DNA of 64,000 nucleotides from a virus (taxonomy: Duplodnaviria > Caudoviricetes), in the IMG/VR virus record IMGVR_UViG_3300020336_000246, positions 17,785 through 81,784 of that record. One strand, given 5' to 3'. The notes under the pieces are model-generated. The model did not search any database, was not told the origin of the DNA, and saw only the letters and a list, made by a program, of their open reading frames with translations. Both the position numbers and the translations under genes were made by a program. The first letter of the stretch is position 1, and each line of letters begins with the position of its first letter. Positions 1-8,667 of this stretch are shown here, piece after piece.

Positions 1-1
1 T

Positions 2-250
2 GCTCAAAACAGCATTTGCGACTTGACAAATAGCTTAGGGGTGTGCTATACTTTACAATTAACTAATAGGTTTTCTCGGAGTGAGTTCGAGATACATATA
101 GTTAGGGACTACGATAATGAGGACGTTTGTTATCCTGTTTGTATCGAAAATAATATTTTGTGTTACAAATATAATGAGGTTGTTCAAAAGGATGAATTAC
201 CCACACATTTTGTTTCACAACGCATTTATAAGATGCCGGCACTACAATAA
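2..250 (+). CDS. Hypothetical protein, 5'-truncated by the window edge
   Basis: Frame is open from base 2 to TAA at 248-250; lies directly upstream of nrdA. Confidence 0.6.
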   Translation, partial: AQNSICDLTNSLGVCYTLQLTNRFSRSEFEIHIVRDYDNEDVCYPVCIENNILCYKYNEVVQKDELPTHFVSQRIYKMPALQ

Positions 251-293
251 ATACATTATCAATTAGGAATTAAAATTAACAGGAGCACGTAGA

Positions 294-2624
294 ATGTCAA
301 ATGGCGTTGGTATACAAATCAAAAAACGCGATGGTTCGGTAGAACCCCTGGACATTAATAAAATCCACTTTGTTGTTGAAGAAGCCACCGACGGCTTAAC
401 AGGAACTAGTGCATCGCAGATTGAAATGACAGCTAACATTCAATTCTATGATGGAATGTCCACAGAAGAAATACAAGAGATATTAATTAAAAGTGCCAAC
501 GATCTTATTACGTTGGAAAATCCAAACTATCAATATGCGGCGGCAAGGCTTTTGCTTTACCCTATCTATAAAGAAACGTTTGGTCAATACAATCCAGTAC
601 CAATAACAAAGATTATTGATAGAAATATTGCTGGTGGTGTATATGATGGTAACATCAAAGAGAAGTACACTGAAACAGAATTAAAACAACTTAACAAATA
701 CATCAAGCATAACAGAGATGAGAACTTTACGTATGCAGGGCTTCGACAAATTGTAGACAAGTATCTTGTCCAAGACAGAAGCACAGGAGAAATTTATGAG
801 TCTCCACAAGTTATGTACATGATGATTGCGGCAACTTTATTTGCTGACTACCCTAAAGAAACTAGAATGTCATATGTGAGGAAATATTATGATGCGACCT
901 CCCTTTTTAAAATCAATATCCCAACGCCAGTCATGGCCGGTGTACGTACACCTCTTAGACAATTTGCTTCTTGCGTTCTTGTTGATACCGACGATACTCT
1001 TGATAGTATCTTTTCAAGCGATATGGCTATTGGTAGGTACACGGCACAAAGAGCAGGCATAGGAATTAATGCAGGACGTATTAGAGCAATCAACTCTAAA
1101 ATTAGAGGTGGTGAAGTAGCACACACTGGCTTGATTCCGTTTCTAAAGAAATTCGAATCAACGGTAAGGTGTTGTACACAGAATGGTGTACGTGGAGGTA
1201 ATGCAACTACCCACTTCCCGCTTTGGCACTATGAGATTGATGACATACTTGTTTTAAAAAATAACAAAGGTACGGAAGACAATAGAGTACGTAGATTAGA
1301 TTATTCTATTCAACTTAATAAAACTATGTACGAAAGACTTTTGTCTGACGGAGATATTACTTTATTCTCACCGCACGATGTACCAGACTTATACGAGGCC
1401 TTTTATGCTGATCAAGATAAGTTTTCTGAGCTATATGAAAAGTATGAACGTAAAACTTCATTAAGAAAACGCAAAGTTAAGGCAATGGAATTATTTTCTG
1501 CTCTAGTTAAAGAACGTGCAGAAACAGGACGTATCTATATTATGAACGTTGACCATGCTAATACACACAGTTCATTTAAAGATACTGTGTACATGAGCAA
1601 CTTATGTCAAGAGATTACACTACCTACAAAACCTTTACAACACATTGACGATCCAGAAGGAGAGATTGCACTATGTATTTTAAGTGCTATCAATGTTGGT
1701 ACACTAAAAGAATTAGATGATATGGACGAGCTATGTGATTTAGCCGTTAGAGGGTTAGATGAGATTATTGATTATCAGAAGTATCCAGTGAAAGCCGCAG
1801 AGATATCTACTAAAGCAAGAAGAAGTTTAGGTATAGGTTACATTGGACTAGCACACTATCTAGCAAAGAACGGTGTTAAGTATTCAGATAAGAAGGCACT
1901 TACCAAGGTGCATGAGCTAACAGAAGCATTTCAGTATTACTTACTGAAGGCTAGTAATGGGTTAGCAAAAGAAAAAGGAAAGTGTGAGTATTTTGATCGC
2001 ACTAAATATAGTGATGGCATATTACCCATTGACACTTATAAAAAGGATTTAGACGAGGTATGTTCTATAAAACTAAAATATGATTGGGATACTCTTCGCA
2101 ATGACATTCAACAGCACGGGTTACGGCACAGCACATTGTCCGCACAGATGCCTTCGGAGAGCAGTTCCATTGTGTCGAACGCAACCAACGGAATCGAACC
2201 ACCTAGAGGGTTCTTGTCCGTTAAGAAGTCCAAGAAAGGGCCTCTTAAGCAGATTGTTCCACAGTATCAAACGTTAAAGAATAACTATACGTTGTTATGG
2301 GATATGCCAAGCAACGAGGGTTACATAAATATTGTTGCAGTAATGCAGAAGTTTTTTGATCAAGCCATTAGTGGTAATTGGTCGTACAACCCAACTCACT
2401 TTGAGAACAATGAAGTTCCAATGAGTGTTATGTTACAAGATATGTTAAAAACATATAAGTATGGATGGAAAACATCATACTACCAGAACACTTATGATTT
2501 CAAGAGCGATCCAAGTGAAGAGGAAATTAAGACAGAGACAACAAACTCTTTTGAACCTCAAGTTGGTTTACCTGATGGTAAGCCTTTAGAGGACGAAGAA
2601 GAGTGTGAAGCTTGTGCTATATAG
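294..2624 (+). CDS. nrdA: Ribonucleotide reductase class Ia alpha subunit
   Basis: N-terminal ATP-cone (IKKRDG), FASCVL, SNLCQEI thiyl-radical motif, C-terminal CEAC; no intein or intron. Confidence 0.98.
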   Translation: MSNGVGIQIKKRDGSVEPLDINKIHFVVEEATDGLTGTSASQIEMTANIQFYDGMSTEEIQEILIKSANDLITLENPNYQYAAARLLLYPIYKETFGQYNPVPITKIIDRNIAGGVYDGNIKEKYTETELKQLNKYIKHNRDENFTYAGLRQIVDKYLVQDRSTGEIYESPQVMYMMIAATLFADYPKETRMSYVRKYYDATSLFKINIPTPVMAGVRTPLRQFASCVLVDTDDTLDSIFSSDMAIGRYTAQRAGIGINAGRIRAINSKIRGGEVAHTGLIPFLKKFESTVRCCTQNGVRGGNATTHFPLWHYEIDDILVLKNNKGTEDNRVRRLDYSIQLNKTMYERLLSDGDITLFSPHDVPDLYEAFYADQDKFSELYEKYERKTSLRKRKVKAMELFSALVKERAETGRIYIMNVDHANTHSSFKDTVYMSNLCQEITLPTKPLQHIDDPEGEIALCILSAINVGTLKELDDMDELCDLAVRGLDEIIDYQKYPVKAAEISTKARRSLGIGYIGLAHYLAKNGVKYSDKKALTKVHELTEAFQYYLLKASNGLAKEKGKCEYFDRTKYSDGILPIDTYKKDLDEVCSIKLKYDWDTLRNDIQQHGLRHSTLSAQMPSESSSIVSNATNGIEPPRGFLSVKKSKKGPLKQIVPQYQTLKNNYTLLWDMPSNEGYINIVAVMQKFFDQAISGNWSYNPTHFENNEVPMSVMLQDMLKTYKYGWKTSYYQNTYDFKSDPSEEEIKTETTNSFEPQVGLPDGKPLEDEEECEACAI

Positions 2625-2641
2625 GGAAGAGGAAGTAAAAA

Positions 2642-3745
2642 GTGAGTAAGACAGTATTTAATAGAGAAAAAGTAGACTTTACAAAGAGCACCATGTTCTT
2701 TGGACCAGATCAAAACACACAAAGATATGATGTGTTTAAGTTCCCTGTGTTTGATAAATTGAATCAAACAATGTTAGGATATTTTTGGAGACCTGAGGAA
2801 GTGAGTCTACAAAAAGACAGAAGTGATTATGCAAACTTCCGTCCAGAACAAAAACATATTTTTACTGCTAACTTAAAATACCAAACACTATTAGATAGTG
2901 TACAAGGTAGAGGACCATGTTTAGCTTTCTTACCACACGTAAGTATTCCAGAGCTAGAAGGTTGTATTGTTACTTGGGACTTTTTTGAAACTATTCACTC
3001 ACGTTCATATACACACATTATGAAGAACGTGTATGCAGATCCAACTGAAGTATTAGATACTATCTTAGATGATGATAAGATTATTGAACGTGCAATTAGT
3101 GTTACTAAAAACTATGATGCATTTACTGAAGCGGCAGATAATCATATACATCATAAAAAAGGAACAATGCGAGATGTTAAGAAGAAACTATTCTTGGCAA
3201 TGATGAACGTAAACATCTTAGAAGGACTACGTTTTTATGTTTCCTTTGCCTGCACATTTGCATTTGGTGAACTAAAACTTATGGAAGGTTCAGCAAAGAT
3301 TATTAGTTTAATTGCTAGAGATGAATCACAACATCTAGCATTAAGTTTACACATTCTAAAGAATTGGATGCGTGGTGAAGACGATCCAGAGTTTGCCTCT
3401 ATTGCAAAAGAATGTGAAGCTGAAGTTTATGAAATGTGGAAAACCTGTGTCAACGAAGAAAAGGCCTGGGCACATCATTTAATGAAAGACGGATCAATCA
3501 TTGGACTTAATGAAAGACTACTAGGTAGCTATGTAGAGTTTATTGCTAACAAGAGATTAAAAGCATTAGGTTACAAACCAATCTTTGGTACACCAACATC
3601 ACAAAATCCGTTACCTTGGACACAGCATTGGTTGAGTTCATCAGGATTACAAGTAGCACCACAAGAAACAGAAGTCGAGTCGTATATTGTGGGTGGTATT
3701 AAACAAGACGTTAATACAGACTCGCTCAAAGGATTTAAATTATAA
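2642..3745 (+). CDS. nrdB: Ribonucleotide reductase class Ia beta subunit
   Basis: FWRPEEV, ETIHSRSY, ILEGLRFYVSF and RDESQH di-iron motifs; follows nrdA. Confidence 0.98.
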   Translation: MSKTVFNREKVDFTKSTMFFGPDQNTQRYDVFKFPVFDKLNQTMLGYFWRPEEVSLQKDRSDYANFRPEQKHIFTANLKYQTLLDSVQGRGPCLAFLPHVSIPELEGCIVTWDFFETIHSRSYTHIMKNVYADPTEVLDTILDDDKIIERAISVTKNYDAFTEAADNHIHHKKGTMRDVKKKLFLAMMNVNILEGLRFYVSFACTFAFGELKLMEGSAKIISLIARDESQHLALSLHILKNWMRGEDDPEFASIAKECEAEVYEMWKTCVNEEKAWAHHLMKDGSIIGLNERLLGSYVEFIANKRLKALGYKPIFGTPTSQNPLPWTQHWLSSSGLQVAPQETEVESYIVGGIKQDVNTDSLKGFKL

Positions 3746-3748
3746 ACT

Positions 3749-4036
3749 ATGAATGAAACGGAAACTAAGACAATGCCTACAGTCGTTTACTCCAAACCTA
3801 ATTGTCCGTCTTGTGTAAAAGCAAAGATGCTATTAAAGAATAAAAACATTCCATTTACGGAATCAATAATTGGTAAAGATATACAAGTTGAAACTCTAAT
3901 GAAAGAGTTTGAACTGAACAACTTGCCGATGCCAAGAACTGCTCCGCAGATTATCCTACACGGTAAGTATGTAGGAGGATATGAACAATTAATCCAATAC
4001 ATTGACGATCATGGATTGGGCTACGGAGGACATTAA
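3749..4036 (+). CDS. Glutaredoxin
   Basis: CPSC active site, RTAPQI and YVGGY motifs; follows nrdAB. Confidence 0.92.
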   Translation: MNETETKTMPTVVYSKPNCPSCVKAKMLLKNKNIPFTESIIGKDIQVETLMKEFELNNLPMPRTAPQIILHGKYVGGYEQLIQYIDDHGLGYGGH

Positions 4037-4356
4037 TGTTAATTGAAACACCTTATAAAGTTGGAGATGTTATTACAATTAAACTTACATCAGGCGAAGA
4101 GCTTGTTGGAAAGTTTGAAGCTGATGATAGCACACAAATTAAAGTAAACAAACCACTTACACTAGTCGCTAGTGAAAAGGGTATTGGTTTACAACAGTTC
4201 TTGTTTACTGCCGATATGGCATTATCTTATAGTATCAAACATAGTGCTATAACTTTAATACATAAAACAAGAGGCGAGTTTGCAGAAGCATATACTAAAC
4301 AGACAAGCAGTATTGTACAAGCACCAGCCGGCATGGCTGACCTAGTTCGCAAATAA
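4036..4356 (+). CDS. Hypothetical protein, possible Sm/LSm-like fold
   Basis: VITIKLTSGEELVGKFEADD resembles the Sm1 motif; TAATG coupling to the upstream gene. Confidence 0.55.
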   Translation: MLIETPYKVGDVITIKLTSGEELVGKFEADDSTQIKVNKPLTLVASEKGIGLQQFLFTADMALSYSIKHSAITLIHKTRGEFAEAYTKQTSSIVQAPAGMADLVRK

Positions 4357-4374
4357 TCTTACATAAATATTAGT

Positions 4375-4584
4375 ATGCACGAGTTTGTTATAAAAGACAA
4401 AGGTCAATTAATCACGTATACAGAGTACGAAGCTATACCTAATGAATTCGATCATGTAATTAAGTTCTTACCTGAAGTTCCACCAGAACCTCATACTGAA
4501 GAACAACACGAAGAGATCGAACAGTGGAATACAAAGTTACAAGAACTAATGAAGAAGGAGAGATCATATGCCAGCAGTAACTAG
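4375..4584 (+). CDS. Conserved small phage protein preceding PAAR
   Basis: 69-aa ORF after TAAATA (4364-4369); overlaps the PAAR start. Confidence 0.75.
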   Translation: MHEFVIKDKGQLITYTEYEAIPNEFDHVIKFLPEVPPEPHTEEQHEEIEQWNTKLQELMKKERSYASSN

Positions 4585-4855
4585 AGTAGGTGATGCCGAC
4601 GTTGCCCATTGTAGTGGAATGACAAGAGCAGTAGGTTCTCCAAACGTCTTTGTTAACAATATTCCAGTTTCAAGACAAGGTGACGTTAACACAGGACATT
4701 TACTTCCCCCAGTACCATGTCCATCACACTCGGCACCAATTGCTTCAGGATCAGCAACAGTCAAAACCAATAACGTAGGAACGGGCAGGGTTGGAGACGC
4801 AATAGCAGGGTGTACTTCGGTTGCGGCAGGGTCACCTAACGTATTTGCCGGGTAA
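4568..4855 (+). CDS. PAAR-motif baseplate spike tip protein (T4 gp5.4-like)
   Basis: MPAVTRVGD, GSPNVFVNNIPVSRQGD, GRVGD and GSPNVFAG repeats with His/Cys residues. Confidence 0.92.
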   Translation: MPAVTRVGDADVAHCSGMTRAVGSPNVFVNNIPVSRQGDVNTGHLLPPVPCPSHSAPIASGSATVKTNNVGTGRVGDAIAGCTSVAAGSPNVFAG

Positions 4856-4941
4856 TTTCGCCAATTACGGTACCTACAAGCCACAATTACTAACAATATA
4901 CACAAAAACAAATAATTAATATAGAATATAGGAGAACAATT

Positions 4942-5121
4942 ATGTCATCTATTCATGAACAGATCATAAGCGAATACGAAAATTACTTGAAAGAGTCCGA
5001 ATCTTTCGATACTAAAAATGTAAAAGCCTCGGCGGCAAGAGCACGTAAGGCTTTAGGTAACATTGGTAAACTTGCTAAAGATCGTAGAAAAGAAATCCAA
5101 GAAAAGAAAAATTCTTTATAG
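4942..5121 (+). CDS. Histone H1-like (Hc1-family) small basic protein, 59 aa; absent from the ORF track
   Basis: GGAG RBS, ATG 4942, TAG 5119-5121; MSSIHEQIISEYENYLKESESFDTKNVKASAARARKALGNIGKLAKDRRKEIQEKKNSL. Confidence 0.75.
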   Translation: MSSIHEQIISEYENYLKESESFDTKNVKASAARARKALGNIGKLAKDRRKEIQEKKNSL

Positions 5122-5134
5122 GATTTTTAAAGCT

Positions 5135-5171
5135 AATATGGGACGGGTCTTCATTGACTCTGTCCTATATT
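5135..5171 (+). terminator. Stem-loop after the Hc1-like gene
   Basis: AATATGGGACGG pairs with CTGTCCTATATT (12 bp including G-T pairs); U-tract is weak. Confidence 0.45.
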
Positions 5172-5263
5172 TGTATGCACATAATTATAGTACAATTTCA
5201 ATAAATACTCTAGTAGAAAAGTATTACTCTACAAACACAATCAAGGATAGAATAAGATAAGAT

Positions 5264-5491
5264 ATGAGTGAGAGAATAGTAGGCAAGCTAAAATGGTTTG
5301 ATGCCAAAAAGGGTTATGGTTTCATAAGTCCCAATGATGGTGGTCAAGATGTATTTGTACATATATCAGCCTTTGAAGCGGCACAAATAACAAACATCGC
5401 AAATAAGATGTTGCTAGAATTTGAACTTGTTGACAACCGAGGACGAATGATTGCAGGCAATCTAGTACGTCCTGATAACTTCAATAGATAA
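5264..5491 (+). CDS. cspA: Cold-shock domain protein
   Basis: GKLKWFDAKKGYGFI (RNP1) and DVFVHISA (RNP2). Confidence 0.95.
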   Translation: MSERIVGKLKWFDAKKGYGFISPNDGGQDVFVHISAFEAAQITNIANKMLLEFELVDNRGRMIAGNLVRPDNFNR

Positions 5492-5689
5492 TTAGATACT
5501 TTTAAAAGGTTTGGGTGTTCCGTCTGGGCCTAATACCATCTCACCAGTATCAGAGAACGCACCACACATACGACCGTTGGATCCTGGACCATAATATTTT
5601 ACGGGTTTGATTTCTATAGCTTCGCCATCTCTAACAACTGTTCTTTTATAGTTCTCAGACTTGACTCCTCTTTGCTTTACTCCAGCCAT
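5492..5689 (-). CDS. Hypothetical protein
   Basis: 65-aa ORF, 1 nt downstream of the neighbouring minus-strand ORF. Confidence 0.65.
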   Translation of the reverse strand: MAGVKQRGVKSENYKRTVVRDGEAIEIKPVKYYGPGSNGRMCGAFSDTGEMVLGPDGTPKPFKSI

Positions 5690-5690
5690 G

Positions 5691-5894
5691 TTATCTTCCT
5701 ATTTTCTTACTTCTACCCATAGGTAGTCTTTGTGTCATTTCGTACATTCCGCCTTTTTTGGCTTCCCATTCTACTCTGACTGATTTACTTTTTGTGCCAC
5801 CTTGAAAAGATTTGATTGCTTTCTTTAGACTTGTTGACTCTTTAGTTTCTACATTCTCTCCGTCGTAGAAAGTATATGTTCTCATTTTTGGCAT
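5691..5894 (-). CDS. Hypothetical basic protein
   Basis: 67-aa ORF with AGGA RBS; divergent from tmRNA. Confidence 0.7.
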   Translation of the reverse strand: MPKMRTYTFYDGENVETKESTSLKKAIKSFQGGTKSKSVRVEWEAKKGGMYEMTQRLPMGRSKKIGR

Positions 5895-5904
5895 TGTTTT
5901 TCCT

Positions 5905-5933
5905 TTGACATTAGTTATCTCTTTTGTTATAAT
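5905..5933 (+). promoter_or_regulatory. Sigma70-type promoter for tmRNA; a TAAATA box follows at 5950-5955
   Basis: Perfect TTGACA-N17-TATAAT. Confidence 0.85.
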
Positions 5934-5939
5934 AGTAGC

Positions 5940-6262
5940 ATATTAAGGCTAAATATCACTGCAATTGATGATAGCAACGTATGTCACAAGAGCAAGACCC
6001 GGGTGCAATTCCCGGCCACTCCACCAATTCAATATACCCCCGTCGGGGTGGAATTAGGATCGATTGGCTTGTTAAGGTTGAAGGAGACTGTCCGGATGTA
6101 AGCTCGGTTAACGCGAACAAACGTTATAGATGCAAACGATAATGCACTAGACAACGTTACTTTCGTAGATTTTTCTGCGCCAGTAACTGCGTTTAATGAG
6201 GATTTTGCCCTAGCGGCATAATCGCTCGGGGTTGGCAACTTACCTAGCAACAGAAAAGTTGC
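5940..6262 (+). ncRNA. ssrA: Circularly permuted two-piece tmRNA, alphaproteobacterial type
   Basis: Acceptor piece first (T-arm CCGGG-TGCAATT-CCCGG, CCACTCC-A-CCA ending 6026), then an 18-nt intervening segment, then the coding piece starting GGGGTGG (6045) with a G3-U70 pair; tag ORF at 6132-6221; outer ends approximate. Confidence 0.93.
6132..6221 (+). other. tmRNA proteolysis-tag reading frame ANDNALDNVTFVDFSAPVTAFNEDFALAA*
   Basis: Resume codons GCA AAC GAT AAT; ends ALAA-TAA. Confidence 0.9.
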
Positions 6263-6336
6263 GTCTATTACTACATAGGCAAAGCCTATAATAATTTCTA
6301 AATAAATATCGTGCTAGGTGAGAAGGAGTAATTATA

Positions 6337-7401
6337 ATGCCACCACGCAATCATAGAAACTGGTTGAAAGAACCAGCAGTAGAATATATTAGTAGCGAGT
6401 GCTATAATAATCAAGACATACACGATCAAGAACAAGAACAAATCTTTAGTAAGGTTTGGATACCTATGTGTCATAAGAGTGAACTACCAAACGAGTTAGA
6501 CTTTAGAACAACACAGATAGCAGGAGTCAATGTTCTTGTGTATAACACAGGCAAAGAATTTAGAGCATACCGTAACTATGGAGAACAAACACCAGCAGGA
6601 ACACTAGGAGCACCTATCGTAACTGTTGAACCTCAGTTGCATTTGGAAGTAAAGCACGGAGGTATGATATGGGTAACACTTAATCCTGATCCTGATCAAA
6701 CTGTAGAACAATGGACAGCAGGTGCATTTGATTGTATTGCTGATGCTATTGATACAGAGGAACTAGAAGTATTCCATTATCATAAAGCAATCATTCCTAC
6801 AAACTACAAACTATGGCATGATACCAATAGTGAATTCTATCATGACTTCATGCACTATTTTAATCGTGTAACAGGATTCAATGATGAATACTTTGCTCGT
6901 AAGAATATTGCGTTCGATAACGGTCATGTAAATGTAAGTTCTTTTACTGTCAACTATACCGAGTTTGATAAAGATGGAGATAGAGGAGAGTTAAGTTTTC
7001 CTAACTTGCCACCCAACCAATGGTATATGGTAGACTTGTTTCCAGGCTTCAACTTTAACCTACGTGGTAGTGCATATAGATCAGATAGTGTTACTCCATT
7101 AGGACCTAACAAAGTTCTTATTGAGTTTAGAGGTTATGGACTTAAGAATGATACCAAGGAAGAAAGACTCACACGTATCAGGCACCATAATACTATTTGG
7201 GGACCTTTTGGTAGAAACTTGCATGAAGACTTGCTAGGTGTTACAGGACAGGGTGCATCAATGGCTCCAGGTACTGAACGTAGGAACATTCTACATGGTA
7301 GACACGAGAACTCAACTATCCACGATGAAGTTGGTATGCGTCACTACTACGCAGAATGGGGCAAATACTTAGACGTAAACCCATCAAATCCATTGACATA
7401 A
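6337..7401 (+). CDS. msmA: Ring-hydroxylating oxygenase alpha subunit, methanesulfonate monooxygenase MsmA-like, lacking the Rieske cluster motif
   Basis: NYKLWHDTNSEFYHDFMHYFNRVTGFND mononuclear-Fe region and PPNQWYMVDLFPG, WGPFGRNLHED segments recalled from MsmA; no CxH...CxxH motif. Confidence 0.8.
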   Translation: MPPRNHRNWLKEPAVEYISSECYNNQDIHDQEQEQIFSKVWIPMCHKSELPNELDFRTTQIAGVNVLVYNTGKEFRAYRNYGEQTPAGTLGAPIVTVEPQLHLEVKHGGMIWVTLNPDPDQTVEQWTAGAFDCIADAIDTEELEVFHYHKAIIPTNYKLWHDTNSEFYHDFMHYFNRVTGFNDEYFARKNIAFDNGHVNVSSFTVNYTEFDKDGDRGELSFPNLPPNQWYMVDLFPGFNFNLRGSAYRSDSVTPLGPNKVLIEFRGYGLKNDTKEERLTRIRHHNTIWGPFGRNLHEDLLGVTGQGASMAPGTERRNILHGRHENSTIHDEVGMRHYYAEWGKYLDVNPSNPLT

Positions 7402-7421
7402 CGGTTACGTTGTGTTATACT
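7393..7421 (+). promoter_or_regulatory. Sigma70-type promoter for the tRNA cluster
   Basis: TTGACA-N17-TATACT, overlapping the msmA stop codon. Confidence 0.8.
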
Positions 7422-7456
7422 TAACTTGTTAATAACAATTAGAAGGAACTAGTATT

Positions 7457-7558
7457 ATGACGGGTTTAGAAATTTGGGGTCTTGTTATCCTAGTTGGTGG
7501 AATCATACATCAAATCGATCCAAACTTACTCGTAGTTTGCATTTCTGGATGTAATTAA
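7457..7558 (+). CDS. Small hydrophobic peptide, 33 aa
   Basis: GAAGGA RBS; MTGLEIWGLVILVGGIIHQIDPNLLVVCISGCN. Confidence 0.5.
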   Translation: MTGLEIWGLVILVGGIIHQIDPNLLVVCISGCN

Positions 7559-7566
7559 TAGTAAGT

Positions 7567-7642
7567 GGGGGATTAGCTCAGCCGGGAGAGCGCCTGATTT
7601 GCATTCAGGAGGTCAGCGGTTCGATCCCGCTATCCTCCACCA
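7567..7642 (+). tRNA. tRNA-Ala(TGC)
   Basis: Full cloverleaf, G3-U70 pair, anticodon loop TT-TGC-AT, encoded CCA. Confidence 0.97.
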
Positions 7643-7652
7643 CACCACTTAC

Positions 7653-7729
7653 GGGGGTGTAGCTCAGTTGGTTAGAGCGTCCGCCTGTCACGCGGAAGGC
7701 CGAGGGTTCGAGTCCCTTCACTCCCGCCA
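7653..7729 (+). tRNA. tRNA-Asp(GTC)
   Basis: Cloverleaf GGGGGTG/CACTCCC, loop CT-GTC-AC, G73, CCA. Confidence 0.97.
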
Positions 7730-7829
7730 TGAAATTTAATCAATTAGATAAATAGATAGGCAGAAGAACACGGTCAATTTTTTTTTGACTGAAATTTTTT
7801 TTGACCTAACAATAGCAAAGGAAAAAGAA

Positions 7830-8660
7830 ATGACGCAACTGATATCCCCACAAAAGTTTACACACTCCACTGGCCTTTTAAGGTCATTTTTTTTGGATAA
7901 AGGATTTGAAGAAGTCCATACCCAAAACAGATTAAGCATACTTGCCGCTTGTGAAGATCCATTCAATGTAGCAACATACAATTACGCCGGCCAGGTATGG
8001 CCCTTACCGCAGACAGGCCAAATGTGGTTAGAACACGAATTATTAAGTAGCCCCTCTAGTAAGGGGTTTTTTTGTGTCTCCACTTCCTATAGACAGGAAC
8101 CAAATGCAATACCAGGGAGACATGATATAATATTTCCTATGTTTGAATTTGAGATGCCAGGTGACATAGATGATCTTAAGAAGATGGAGTATGAGTTATG
8201 TGAACACCTAGGATTTAAAAAGCCTACTGAAAAGACTTATGCTGAATGGCAACAACATTACGGTCATGCTGAAGATTATGAAATGACTGCTGATGAAGAA
8301 ACTAAGATGCACGAAGAGTTTGGTACAACAATGATCACAGACTTCCCAGAACTTACAAGTCCATTTTGGAACATGAGTAGAAATGCTGATGGTAAGACTG
8401 CAAAGAAGATTGATGTTATACTAGGTGGGATGGAAACAATAGGATCAGCAGAACGTTCATGTGATGTTGATATGATGAGAGATACATTCCACAGTATTAC
8501 AGATGGTGCATACAGTAAGCTACTTTACAGTCTGTTTAGCAAGGAACGTGTTGAAGCAGAACTAGAGAAGTTCTTAGAGTTTGACTTCTTTCCTAGAGTA
8601 GGCGGTGGCATAGGTATGACACGTATGATAGCGGCCTTAGAGAAACACTGGAAAGACTAG
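7830..8660 (+). CDS. Class IIb aminoacyl-tRNA synthetase paralogue (Asp/AsnRS catalytic core only; archaeal-type asparagine synthetase-like)
   Basis: Motif 2 SYRQEP..GRH...F.MFEFE and motif 3 GGGIGMTR; no N-terminal OB anticodon domain; start taken at ATG 7830 (track uses TTG 7785). Confidence 0.85.
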   Translation: MTQLISPQKFTHSTGLLRSFFLDKGFEEVHTQNRLSILAACEDPFNVATYNYAGQVWPLPQTGQMWLEHELLSSPSSKGFFCVSTSYRQEPNAIPGRHDIIFPMFEFEMPGDIDDLKKMEYELCEHLGFKKPTEKTYAEWQQHYGHAEDYEMTADEETKMHEEFGTTMITDFPELTSPFWNMSRNADGKTAKKIDVILGGMETIGSAERSCDVDMMRDTFHSITDGAYSKLLYSLFSKERVEAELEKFLEFDFFPRVGGGIGMTRMIAALEKHWKD

Positions 8661-8667
8661 AGTTTAA

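Noticed and set aside
23-52. TTGACA-N18-TATACT promoter
   Set aside because: Inside a coding frame with an 18-bp spacer; cannot be distinguished from chance
294-3745. Inteins, introns or homing endonucleases in nrdA/nrdB
   Set aside because: Both ORFs are continuous and of normal length
5063-5260. 65-aa ORF from the track
   Set aside because: Out-of-frame overlap with the better-supported Hc1-like ORF and runs through a hairpin; no RBS
6029-6250. Minus-strand 73-aa ORF
   Set aside because: Antisense shadow of the tmRNA coding piece
7771-7806. GGTCAA / poly-T / TTGAC repeats ahead of the AsnRS-like gene as a T-box-like leader
   Set aside because: Too short and lacks the T-box motif; at most a weak hairpin
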